A stretch of DNA of 64,000 nucleotides from NCBI GenBank assembly GCA_964106915.2, contig OZ066916.1; one strand, given 5' to 3'. The position numbers and the translations under genes are program-made. The notes beneath the pieces are model-generated. The model saw only the letters and a list, made by a program, of their open reading frames with translations, searched no databases and was not told the origin of the DNA. The stretch is from Podarcis gaigeae (lineage: Eukaryota). Of the stretch, positions 51,387 through 64,000 are shown one piece after another. Position 1 is the stretch's first letter, and each line of letters begins with the position of its first letter.

Positions 51387-51631
51387 CTTGACATACTGGC
51401 ACTTAAGAGTCAATGCAGCGTTGTAGCCATGTGTTAAGTATCTGGTTCAGGATTCACATCAATGGCAAATTCATTTGTAACCACCTCATCAGCTGCCTTC
51501 TGAAACACTGGGATTAAACACCAACCTTCCTCACATTTTTACCAACAATCTTTGCAGGAGATTTGCACTTGCACACTGGAAAATAGACTAGAAGGTTCCA
51601 TGTCCTAAACAGCCTCAAGGTAAACCCATAA

Positions 51632-51858
51632 CAGTGGTACCTCGGGTTAAGTACTTAATTTGTTCTGGAAGGTCCGTTCTTAACCTGAAACTGTTCTTAA
51701 CCTGAAGCACCACTTTAGCTAATGGGGCCTCCTGCTGCCGCCGTGCCACCAGAGCACAATTTCTGTTCTCATCCTGAAGCAAAGTTCTTAACCCGAGGTA
51801 CTATTTCTGGGTTAGCGGAGTCTGTAACCTGAAGCGTATGTAACCCAAGGTACCACTG
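51632..51858 (+). mobile_element. Tigger-like MITE, copy D
   Basis: Same TIRs and body. Confidence 0.88.
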
Positions 51859-53207
51859 TAAATCTATAACACACCTGCAATAAAAGACTCCCTGAAGAGT
51901 CTCTGGACAAAGCCATCGTGTAACTTACACCAATTTTGATGCCACCTTCATAGTAGCTAGCCTTCCTACAACTCAGTTGCCAACAGGGAGGTGTGGGTGT
52001 TTCTAAAAGCAACCAGGTGCTCCAATAAACTTTCTATAGTTAGCTATCAGGTATGTATGGTGTATGGTGTAAAACAAGCATATCTGAGACTCTCTTGCAT
52101 GTGCCACCTACACATTATGAAGGAGTTTAGGAGAAGTTACAATGCTCTTCTACTGCCTCCTGCTGGCAGATTCTCTCTGGTTAACATTATTTGGATACCT
52201 GGTGAACCTTTCTTAAGTCTGCTAAAGAGATGTGATTGTTGTTAAAAAGGTTTAAATTTAAGAGGGAGCCAAAGCATTTTTGTAAGCCACTCATCCGTCT
52301 TGACTAACAGGTGGGGCGATATCTTTCAACAAATAAATTTTAAAATGTGCTTTTATGTGGGCCATCACATACTCGCCCCCCAAGGAGAATTTCCATCTGG
52401 AAAAGCCAGTCCGCCCCCCACCCTGATCTTCATTTATACACCTTTACTTGTATCTGTTATGCATGTTGGAAAAATACCACCACCACTGACCAGCATCATC
52501 ACTTCCCAACATGTTGAAGTGGCAAGATTCCTTTTTCAAATACTATGCAAAGATGTTACAATATATAAAACCAGATTCAAAACTGACCTTCCTTTTAAGT
52601 GCATGGCAAGCACTGGAAGACGGAGTGAAATTATCTAGATGAGTCGAGAGTTCTCTTATGCTACTCTCTTCATGAGTCAACAACCCTTAACACACCATCA
52701 ATGGTAGTTCCAATTTAAAAATGGAAGGTATATTAATCAGTTCCTCCCAAACCTGAGTTTTTTCCATCTTGCATGACATGCCATAAGATGATGCAAGTGG
52801 GAAAGTCAAAATGATGTACAGCAACAAGAAGCCCTTTAATAGGTTCTGAGATATGAAACCGAAGGGAGGTTCTAAAAAAGGCCCTTTTTCTAAAAGATAA
52901 CTAGAATAAGTGCTAACTGATTGTAGCCTATACAAACACAGCACTAGAAAGATCAAGTACTCATAGATTGGGCTTTGATACAAGATGCCATTCTGAATTA
53001 TTAGAAGCGCAAGGCTATTCATCACGATTGTGTGATATTTCCACTGACTGATCAGCAACGCTACCAGATACTTATGATAGAAAAATAACCTTGAATCACT
53101 TTGCCAAATGTGTGTTGCCAAACCCATGATTACGGGGATAGAAGAGATGTTTGTAAGAGAATTGGTAGAATTCTCAGAATTAGTGCTGCCAGGTCTTAAA
53201 CTCTAAG

Positions 53208-53344
53208 CAATGTTTCTCAACCTTGGGTCCTCAGATGTTGTTGGACTACAACTCCAATCATCCCTGAGCTCTGGCCTTGCTAGCTAGGGGTGATGGGAGT
53301 TGTAGTTCAACAACATCTGGGGACCCACAGGTTGAGAAAGGCTG
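53208..53344. mobile_element. Palindromic hAT MITE
   Basis: tttctcaacct...aggttgagaaa TIRs; cagatgttgttggactacaactcc / ggagttgtagttcaacaacatctg arms. Confidence 0.8.
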
Positions 53345-54545
53345 CTAGAGGCATTACAAAAAGGAAGTTCAAAGTACCCACAGCAGTACTTCAGGGCAAA
53401 TCCATAACGGCCGTACTAGAGGACAACTTGCAGAGCTTCCGTAAACTTTTACCACTGGGTACCCATTCTGTCACCTATTCAACAAATTTGTACATGTTTT
53501 ATTTATGTGGAGGCAGCCTTTGGAGGGTGTTCATGTCACCCATCAAGCCAATATTTCGGATTGGGAAGTTATTTGGACACTTGCAACAGTGATAATAAGC
53601 CTTAGTCATTAAAAGAGAAATAAGGCTCACACAGGGGGATTTTAAATTCTTGACATTAACCACAGTTTAGAACACTGTACATATCAGAATCCCAGAGGGC
53701 CACACATATTGTTAACAAGGACTACAGCATATTTTTGGAGAGTATAGTAGCCTTGCAGGCTAAAAGCCTGCTATAACCAAGGGCCTAATGTGACAGACAT
53801 TCAGTATCACGTTGGTCAAGGTCACGATTGTTCAGAATGGTGCAAAATTACAAGAAACAAGTGTAAGCAGAGCTTCAAAGGTTTCATCAAGTGCAGGAAG
53901 GTTGAATTTATGCCTTTGCAATTGTCTACAGAAAAGAGATTTCTCTCCTCCCTGTGTCTACCCTCTCCCACGTTTCTTAATTTGAATTATTTATTACCTG
54001 CCCATCATCTTAAGTGATCCCAGAGTGGAGTACATCAAAGCAATTTGAAATCCAACAATGGCAACCATCAGCACAATGTCACCATAAAGCAAAGAGCAGA
54101 TAAACAATGGTAAATGGCAGCTAATACCGTATTTCAAAATTCAGGCTATGGGAGAAATCTGCAGCAGGAACAATACCAGAAATCAAACAGCAGCGGCACA
54201 TTTAGGAGGCTAAAAATCTTAAGCACTCACAGTGTAAGTGGCCTGACTCTCAAATCCTAGTAGATAACTAGGGATAGATCAACTTGATGCAGTGTGGGGC
54301 ACCAACAGAATGTTCTGCCAGCTGTCAAGGGCAATCCAGCCTCTTATGTAGGTTGCATCTGCAAAGAGATTCCTTACTGGAAGTCAGCAATCAGATGAAG
54401 ATATCTGAAGGTGTATCTAACGTGGGTTCTTTAAAGCTTTTGAGAAGCTATCTGCTCTAACAGATAGCTAGCTGGATTCTTTCAAATATTAAATTTTGTA
54501 TACTCCCGGAAACCAACAACCTACTGGAAATTTCCTTACTGCATC

Positions 54546-54760
54546 CAGGGGTTCCCAAACTGTGGTCTGTAGACCATCAGTGGTCTGTGAGTTTCATTCA
54601 AGTTGTCTGTGGTGCATCTGTAAAAATACAATGAAAAACCATGCAGCATCTAGCACAGTAGAGTATGGTTGCTACAATAGGCTGAAAAAGCATTAAGCGG
54701 TCCTCCAGGACCCTCTGCAATTTTTCAAGTGGCCCTTGGGGAAAAGTTTGGAAATTACTG
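54546..54760. mobile_element. hAT/Charlie-like non-autonomous element
   Basis: caggggttcccaaac...gtttggaaattactg imperfect TIRs. Confidence 0.6.
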
Positions 54761-57700
54761 CTCTAGTAAAAGGTCACCATGGCAGCTGGCACAACAGAGG
54801 CAGCAAATAAAATTCTCAAGCAATAGCCTCTGAGAATCCAGGAGGCACAAACTGCATTCCCTTTAAAATGCAGGTCAACAGTTTAGGAGTGAAATCTCTT
54901 CTCAAACAGACAGTTCAACCACTTTTGTCCATCAAAAGAAACTCCTTCATACATGGATTGTTTCTGCTTATTTCCCCTCCATCCAACCCATCATAGGCCT
55001 CAGGTGGTCGGTCATTCAAGGACTACCATCATACTTGATTAAGATGGAAAGGAGCAACAGCTGGGCATCATTAAGATACCAATGATAATCCACTGAAAAC
55101 ACACATTTCAGAAATCCTTCACCAGAAGTGTAATGTGAAAGTTAAGGAATGAGAGACTGAATGGAACTTTTACAGAATGTTGCATGAAGGCTCCCAGGGA
55201 TCTGCAGGTGAAGTATGAGCAGAACTACTGCAAAGCAATGTTCCCTACTCAGAACCCCAGTTGGATCAGGGGGCTACCAGGACCAATGGTACCAAACATG
55301 GCTAAGCAGTCTGGGAAAACAAAAATTATTACATTCCTCCCCCAACGTCTCTCCTGGGGTAAGCTGCATGAAAGTTGCAAGAGAATCAGAACAAGCATCT
55401 TGTCCACAACCTTGAGTGTCAGTAATTGACACTTATCCAATAAAAACCAATCCGAAGAGAATCTTAACACCTCTTCTGTATTGACTTCAGTGTCAGTACA
55501 GATGCAAACTTTTTTGTCTGCAAAACTGTGACCTGCTAGACACATGTAATGATACCTGCATATGCAGAAATTTTCAAAAGCTTTAGTGGCCCTGCAGATG
55601 TTGAAACGTCACCCCTCAGCTCCAGGCACCATAGCTCAACCAACCCACTGCTGATGTAGAAGCACTTAAAAGCTGCAAAGCTACTCCTAAGAAATCCCCT
55701 TCCCAATATAAGCCCTCCAATTTGCATCAATAGTCAGCTATTGAGCATGCTAGCTCCAGCCATGGCCAAAGGATAGCCACCTACGATATTCTGGGGGAAG
55801 GAGGAGGAGGAGGAAGAGAGAAAACCACCAGAGACGTAAGACCACTCAAGGTATGTTAACCAATGACAGGAAAAAGGAGCTTCCGAGACTCACAACAAGC
55901 ACACGCTTGCGCCAAACAGCTGAGTCATCAAGAAGGGGATGGTCCCTTCGCACTTCTGTTTTGCTAGATCCATCACTACAGTTGCTCAATTCTGAAGAGG
56001 ACTCCAGCCTCCAGGGACAGTTCCACTTAATGCTGTCAACACATGGGCTGAACTGCTTCTCTGTGCAGACTTCCTTCACCTCACGTCATATCACAACAAC
56101 TCTGCTTTGTACTGTTTTTAACAGCAGGGGTGGCATTCAGACCTGCTTGCAAGAAAGCTCACAATCCTTCTGAGAAAAGGAAGGTGTGTGATGTGTGGCA
56201 TCCTGCTGATGGACTCTGGACCACTGATTTCCAATGAAATATTTTTAATCAGCTAAGTGGCCTTACCCATGTAGGAGCAGCTGTAAGCCCACCCAACAAG
56301 CCACCAGTTATATTATCCTCTAACACAGGTCGAGGAGACTTCATAGCCTAATGGTCATTTAAGCATTTGTCTAGAACAGATCCACGTTTTCAAACTTTTA
56401 TTCATATTGAATTATTGGCCCATGTTGCAGAACAGATTCTAGAATGGAGGTCCCAAGCAAAAATCATTAACTGATTCTGTAGAAATTGGTGACTATTAGC
56501 TGGTGGTCAGGCCTTCAAAGCACCTTGCAAAGGTCTTTGCAGGGGCTACCAAATAACTTATCAGTGGTGCCTGCAAACCCCCTTTTGCCTCAGCCACCTA
56601 ACATGAGGTGTGGGGCAGGTGGGTGTGGCCCGTGGACCAGAGGTTCCCCACTGCCAAATAGGAGAGTCATAGGGTTCTGTGTACTTAGCAGCTGTATGGA
56701 ATCGTACTTTCTTTATCTCAGAGAAAACCAAGGTCTTTTTACATTAATTGATTAGAAATAATTTCTGGCAACACTAAATGGTCTGGCCTCAACCATGAAA
56801 AGTCACAATTTTTCTTGATATCTAGAAAATCATTATGAAGTTGCTTCAGTTAATTTACCAGCTGATTGTACATTCTTCCAAGTGTATAATCAGTTGAAGA
56901 ACAGGTCTAAAGTGTTTTCAGGAAGTCTCTTCTTAAAAGGCCAGAGAATTTTAGTATAAACACTGAAAATACTTAGGGTGGGATTCAACTAATGAGTCAT
57001 GTCAGCTGTGCAAGGACTTCTGCTTGCACAATGGGGCTTTCCCCTCTCCTTGCAAACTCCCCACCCCACCCCACCCTGCGACTGGCTGTGGAGTTAAGAG
57101 ACGCCCCAGAGCAGTGCAGAGGGGAGGGATCATTCTGTCTGACAAGCTCAACTTGCCCGACAGAACGATAATCTTAGCAAAACATCAAATTCCCTCCTTA
57201 GTATTTACATAAGTATAGCTTTACATTATTTTTCTGTCACCAAAGTGAATTATTCAATATATTACTTTTTGAAATTATTTAATATTTGAGTGTCATGATG
57301 TATTGATTGCATTTGTGTTGTGAGCCACACTGGGCCTCGTTAAAATGGAAAAGGAGCATACAAATTGAAATAAAAATAATACACCAGGGACTTCTATCCC
57401 ATGACTAAGTATACTTCAGACAGAGCAAGCACATGCTCAAGTAAGTGTTGCTTAATATTGTTGCCACCCGCATCTCTCCAGAAAGACTTTCACTTGGCTC
57501 TTCAAAGTTGCTGAACAGCAGAAAAGGAAGGAAAGAAAAAGCAGAAGGAAATATAGAGGGTATAGAACTGTTCAGCTTGGCCCCTCAAATCAGCAGAATT
57601 TGCAAGAGCATCATTCCAATGACAATTTAATTAACCTGATGCTCCGTTCTTAAAGAGATCATTTGACTCAGGACAATTGAGAGAAAGAAACACGCACCCA

Positions 57701-60277
57701 TATCACCCAGTTTGGAAGAACACAGTAACTGGGAGAGTAACCTGAAAGGAAAATACCTGGTTCTAGGACAGCATATCTAATATCAGTGGAATCAGATACT
57801 TTTGTTCGATTCAGAGATGAACATTTTATCCCACCTTGCAACTCTAAGATTGTGTAGTTCTATGACATGCCAAGGCAGTAACTCATCAGCAGCACCAAGG
57901 TATATTAATCCCAATTGAGACATATACTTTTCTCCTTTGTAATTTTTGATCAGAATGCAACTTCTACAAAAGATGCTGACAAAAATAAAAAAATAAAACT
58001 ATTTGATTTGATTGTTAGTGTTTAAGCTACAATATTTTAAAACTAACCTGAACTTTAAACTCTTTAAAACTCTATGATCCTCTTATGAACAACTACTTTT
58101 CTTTAAAGGGAATGAATTGTGAAAAAACTAACTTTGTCAGTCATCATACAAGTACACAACATTGATACTGGTGGACTGGCAAGTCACAAGCTTCACCCAC
58201 CAAAGCAGCTAAGTGACCTTAAAACTTGCTTGATAATTGGCTTAATTCTTCTGTATTCATGATGCAAGCAATTCTAATGCAGTGTGACAGGATTATGAGT
58301 TATTTGGAAAAAAGCAATTATTCATCATTTTCTAAATAATAGGAAAAACAGTGCAGTCTTCAAGGTTATATAAAGGCTCTAAAGTTTAAAATCAACGTTT
58401 AAGATTATAGTAACCAGTTTGCATGCACTTTTACATAGGAAATATCTAAGTAAGTGGAAAACTCTGATTTAAATCAATGCTATGTTTTGGCCTTTTTTCT
58501 TGCCATTTAACTCTCCTTGATCTAAATCAATCCAGCCAGGCTTGTGATGACAGAATGAACCATCTGCTGCTACACTGTTAAAATATCTGACTCTTAGTGC
58601 TGTTTAATCTTTGTGGTATAAACCACTTGAAGCAATATTCTATTACATTGATATTTCTGTTGCATCAATCTAGGGTACCTTTGCTTGATGGAAGAAGTGA
58701 AAGTAGACAAGTGACTCAATTCCTACTCTAGTTTTTAACTAATCAACTGTATGCTTCATGATTTGAGAGCAACTTTGTTGTTTAGAGTGGCATTTCATAT
58801 TTCATGCTTGTCACTGTCAATGGGGAATACCTGACCTCTACGGTTTTCACTGTAAACAAAATATTACTCACTCAAAAGGAGCATTTAGTAGAACCAATTT
58901 TTTTTATCTGACTACAGTGCAATCTTCCAAGTCCAAGCAGAGCTGGAAATACAACAGTAGAGAAACACGGATATATGCTAGAGACCAAATAAATGTGAGT
59001 GGTGCAGATCAGATCCTTTTCAGGATTCAATCCTTTTCACAAATTTGAATGGAAGACTGCAATCCTGTGCACTTCTGAATAGACAAGAATATATTGGGAA
59101 AGCCTAAATGGCTTTGAGAGACAGAAAAGTTCTAGTCTCAGAGAGGACTGAGACAATTCAAGAGTTTCTCGTTGTGCCAGGAATGGTGCCCCACTCTAAA
59201 CCTTCTCCTTTCCCACTTCACACAACGGAATGGGAGGAAGGTGCCATCTCACCCTTTGTCTCACAATGCTTTGGTCTAGACCCAATGAAAGCAAGTTTTT
59301 GAATCCACTATTTTAGGAGTGCAGCTCCATAAGAAAGCATGCACTTGCCACAGTACCACAAAACAACGCCACTGATGTGTGCAAAGAACCGCTCTAACTG
59401 AAAGCTCACCCCACCCACTACTAATCTGCAGTTACAGTTCTTGTCCATTTCAGATAAAAAGAAATCCTAAAGTGCTGTTAAAGTGGACTTTTATGCCTTC
59501 CTCACCTTCAATTTCTTCAGCGCCTGGATTCGTTAATAATGGAAAGCCAAAAAGGGTACAAACAGGATGTGTGTTTAGTTAGAGCATTAAGCCAATTCAA
59601 TGAAGCTTTTCTTAGGTGGAGTGTTTAAGGCAGCAATTTATTTCTAAAAAATTGTGAACATGAAAGATTAAATCTACGTGCTTTATATTAAAAGTTAATA
59701 CAGGTTAAGTGGTAAATGCAATATATAATAGCTTTTAAGTATCTAATCTGAGGCTTGCCAAGAAAAAAGGAGCTTCCATTAGAAAGGCTCAATAGTAACT
59801 TTTAGTTTAGTCTTAGAAATGCATCTGTCCTTGTCTTTTGTGAAAGCAATGTACTCAAGTTACGTGCAAATTCACGTTGTTGATACCTTCCAAGCTCTCA
59901 AATCAAGTGTGGTCTACAAATTAGTTTTAGCCTTGGGATTCTGAGACACTTAAAGATCTTCCCATAGAAACAGCACCAACAGCATAAAAGCAATAAAAAA
60001 AAACCCTCATTTCCCATTAGTTTGGTGGCTCAGGAGCTGGGGAGAGTAGATTTAGCAGGCAGGCACATCAACCAAAGCTTGTTAGGAATCATCAACCACT
60101 GGCTGCTTCAGATGTGATGCTAAGCCATAGTTACAGCAGTTTTCTTCAACATGGGGCCCTCCAGATGTTATTGAACTCTAATTCCCATCAGCTTTGGTCA
60201 GCATGGCCAGCATTGAGGGATGATGGGTGTTGTGGTCCACAACATTCATGATGATGAAGGCCAAGATGAGCCTAGAC

Positions 60278-60412
60278 CGGCATGGCCAAACTTGGCCCTC
60301 CAGATGTGTTGGGACTTCAACTCCCACCATCCCTAGCTAACAGGACTAGTGGCCAGGGAAGATGGGAATTGTAGTCCTAAAACATCTGGAGGGCCAAGTT
60401 TGGCCATGCCTG
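60278..60412. mobile_element. Palindromic hAT MITE
   Basis: ggcatggccaaacttggccctccagatgt / acatctggagggccaagtttggccatgcc; TSD gcctagac / gcctaggc. Confidence 0.88.
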
Positions 60413-62786
60413 GCCTAGGCAAACCTCACATATATATTCACCACACCACCCCCAGCAATGATCACAGGTTCAGAAGCTTTCACTTCTGTTTTATATGAAA
60501 CACATCTTGCCATATCATTTGGACTCAAACTGTGGTTACTCTTACCTAAGGTCTGTTTGAGCAAACCACCTTTAACTCATGGATTAGGAAGCTGACTTGT
60601 TTCAGCAAGCTATAGTTAAGATTAACCAGTCTGGAGTAATCTAAAACTGAAGTGAAAATTTCCAGTTTCCTTGAAGCTGCATCTAAGAACATTTCACCAG
60701 TGTTTAGTGTGTTGTGTGTGAACCGGTGGGTTTTTCCAATAATAATAATAATAATAACAACCATCTTGTTATCTCAGTTTCTAATTTCCTTGAACACTTC
60801 CTCAGGGCCCTTTCCCCTCACAAGAAGGAGATCCTTCTCCCCCCTCCCCCGCATACCAAACTTCTGTCTCTCGGCCACCTTTGCTCAGCATGCAGGGAGT
60901 TGCTGGTGTTGGCCCTGGTCTAACCATAAGGGAATGACCTGACTAGAAGACAGGATAGGCAGGTGAGGTACTGGGCTGGCTGAGGTACTGAAGGCCCACC
61001 TGAACATGGCTCAAGGCGGTGGTTGAGAAACACTGAAATAGTGTTTGCCTTGGGCGATACCACATTTCTCCCACATGATAGGACTGTGAAAAAGAAATGG
61101 GATAACCCTCTTCACAACAGGCTCTTAACCTTGAAGAGAAAAGGCAAGATACAAATGTAATGAAGTCTGGTTAAATGCAATGAAGCAGGCTAAATGCAAG
61201 GAAGTCACTGAAACTAAGTCCAGGTGAAACCAATTCGTTTGCAAGGCAAACTGTAGTCCTCCAAGCATTTCATGGGTCCCCACGAATCACAACTTTGCTG
61301 TTTTAGGAACCACTATTGGGCCAGTGTGTTCTTAGTAGTCATCATGGACGTAGCCAGGATTTTTGTTAGGAGGGGCAGGACTTGGTTGGGGGGGACAAGA
61401 CTTTTGTTCGGGGGGGCAGAACCAACGTGATTAGTCAGTTAGTTAAGTATTTCTACTGTTTTACTTGATGTGGGGGCTGCTGCCCCTCAGGCTACGCCCA
61501 CGGTAGTCATGGCATGGCCATGAAAATAAATTAATAAACAGCAAGAAATTCTTTTTGCTATCACCATCTGCTGAAGGGGGTGCAGTCTTATATTTTGATC
61601 TGACAATTTTGTCCTTCAAAATCTTCATGATAATACTGCACTCCGCAGCTTTCAAGGCAGCTCTAGCAACTGGTACACAACATCAACAAGTCTTGTGATG
61701 GGGTAGTACTAGAAGGGCATATTGTAGAGGTGCACTGAGGTTGGCACTGCCAGGCACAATTCACTAGTGTGAATGCCAGTTAGTACCCAAAGTAGGCAAT
61801 ATCCACAGGTCATACATAAGCATTTTCTGAAGGCATGGGTTATACCTTGCTTTCTAAGAGCCTACACTGCATCAGCAAGCATAGTTCATCAACTGGATCA
61901 GTTAAAAACATCGAGCCTTTCAGCTGGAACAGGATACGAGTGACATGCAGGCCTGCACAGACAACCAAGTGCCAAAGAAGCAATCCAATGGATTAAAAGG
62001 AAAACATGACTGTATTCGGTAAAACTTTCCCACACTAGCACATCCTCAAGCAAAAGTTCTTCCTCAATTCATTAAGCTACCTTATTCCTAATTACTGTAC
62101 TGGTCAATGATCTAGTACCCTCTTCACTAACTGGCAGCAGCAGCTCTCCCAAGATCTTAGGAAGAGGTCTTCCCAGCCCTACTACATCAAGAGTTTTTCA
62201 ACTGGCAATGGAAGGGATTGAATTCAGGACCTTTGGAATGTGAAGCAATGTGCTATGGCTCCCTCTCTGAGTTATCTAACCTACACAACCTAAACACATA
62301 CATTCTTTCTCCAGTCCCACTTATGTACACAACCAGTTAAGATAACATTAGGCCATCTATTACCCTAGACCTTACTTACTTTCAGCAATCCATAAACATA
62401 TTGTCCAATGGCTCTAGTTTGCATTATCACCCTCAGCTTTCTTAGAAATGCACAACCTGGTCCAGAGTAAATAGAAGCAACAAGAAATTTGTTACTTGTT
62501 TCAGATCGAACCTACTTTTACAACATTTATCATAAAAGGAAAAACAAATTGATAAACAAATGACAGTGGAAAACAGCTTCGGACAAAGTGTTATTCTTAA
62601 TAAATTCAAGAACTGTACATTCAAGGAGATGTAACGTAAAATTATTATTTCCTCAACCCTTGCATGACAGTTCTTCCATTACCTGAAAAGTGGGAGAGGG
62701 AAAGAGAAAACAAAGATAAACCCTTATTTTCTCCTGCCAGGTTGTCTAAAACCCACAAGAGACAAGTGGTGGGCCCTGATCCACTA

Positions 62787-63016
62787 CAGTGGTACCTCAG
62801 GTTAAGAACTTAATTCGTTCTGGAGGTCCGTTCTTAACCTGAAACTGTTCTTAACCTGAGGTACCACTTCAGCTAATGGGGCTTCCTGCTGCCGCTGCAC
62901 GATTTCTGTTCTCATCCGAAGCAAGGTTCTTAACCTGAGGTACTATTTCTGAGTTAGCGGAGTCTGTAACCTGAAGCGTCTATAACCTGAAGCGTCTGTA
63001 ACCCGAGATACCACTG
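62787..63016 (+). mobile_element. Tigger-like MITE, copy E
   Basis: Same TIRs and body; TA flanks. Confidence 0.88.
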
Positions 63017-64000
63017 TACTGCAGTTATAGAAGACCTTAAAGCCTTCCCCAAAGAATGAGATGCCACTATCTTAACTCTGTCAACTGCACAACCTTGAGA
63101 TTATCTTTTTGTTATCATGTAGACACAGTTAAAACTATGAATTCGAGGTATTCCACCAGAGAATAAATTCCCTTGTTAGCCTTTAAGTTATAGGAATGCA
63201 GAGAATGTTATTATCACATGAGAGTGAGAATCAGAGAACAATGTATTTCCTTAATGTATAAGGCTGCTGTGGGCTTCCTTTTGCAGTTAAAGGCAGAGTA
63301 CAAATACAGTAACATGAAAAGTGGACCAAAAGAATTACCATAATTGTTCAGAGGCAGTGACTACTACCAGTTACTAGACATTATGTAGGGAAGCATCACA
63401 ATTTAAAGCTTTTGAAGGATGTATCACTGGTCACTGGAGGCCCTTCTCACAGCAGTTTTCTTTGTTCTCACATATCAGTAGGTACCCATAAGAGTATTGT
63501 GACTAACCAAAGTAGAGCCATATCATGAAGACCAAACAAACAATGAGTATAGGAAGCCAGCTACACAGACTACTTAGCATAACTCTGGTGTGTGATGAGA
63601 GACATGGGGCCAGTATGGAACAGCACCAAGCTGAAGCACACTGCATTTCTGGACTGCAGAGATAAGGAACATTGAAACACACACACACACAGTTCCAGTT
63701 ACAAGCATCTGAAGGAAGCCAAATTGGGATCTACATGTGCATTCAAGAACCTTGGCATGCGCAGGCTCTGCATCAGACCTTTCATTCTGTATGAATATGG
63801 TGCTAACGGCATTCGGCATTCATATAGGAATCAACACTAGAAGATACTGAGAAAATGAACAGCTTAAAATATCTCTCCCTACACACACACACACACACAC
63901 ACCCCTCCCCCACCCTCAACTGCACAGGATGTCACTGTCAACCTCAGCTCAGCTTGCCAGATCAGAGTGCTAACGACATATTGGTTATGTATATGGAGCT

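Noticed and set aside
52687-53127. 146-aa minus-strand ORF
   Set aside because: No exon support; the end (CKMEKTQVWEELINIPSIFKLELP) faintly resembles a decayed L1-type ORF2 C-terminus, too weak to call
47941-64000. SNX3 exon 1 or another gene at the window end
   Set aside because: No MAETVADTRR-like peptide and no CpG island seen; the region reads as intron 1

Overview
Vertebrate genomic DNA. The repeat content (BovB, CR1, L2, Penelope, tRNA-SINEs, hAT and Tigger-like MITEs) points to a squamate lizard, probably a lacertid (inference). The window holds the complete 9-exon NR2E1 (TLX/tailless) nuclear receptor gene on the + strand: CDS join 15253-15277, 25881-26026, 29138-29225, 31228-31463, 33890-34036, 38293-38389, 38786-38935, 39808-39913, 41160-41322 = 1158 nt, 385 aa, all introns GT-AG. 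Its promoter is a CpG island. Facing it tail-to-tail on the - strand are exons 2-4 and the 3' UTR of SNX3; exon 1 lies beyond the window end. Almost all other ORFs in the track are spurious. I see no new protein-coding system. The most notable non-obvious signals are: two minimal type I hammerhead ribozymes from a Penelope-like element, one a near-solo insert between the two gene ends; SINE copies with one shared CR1-like tail but three different tRNA heads (Asn, Ile, Lys); a candidate poison splice acceptor at NR2E1 exon 3; a 45-bp-stem hairpin in SNX3 intron 3; and several candidate neural enhancers. Family names and reference comparisons come from recalled sequences, not from database searches.
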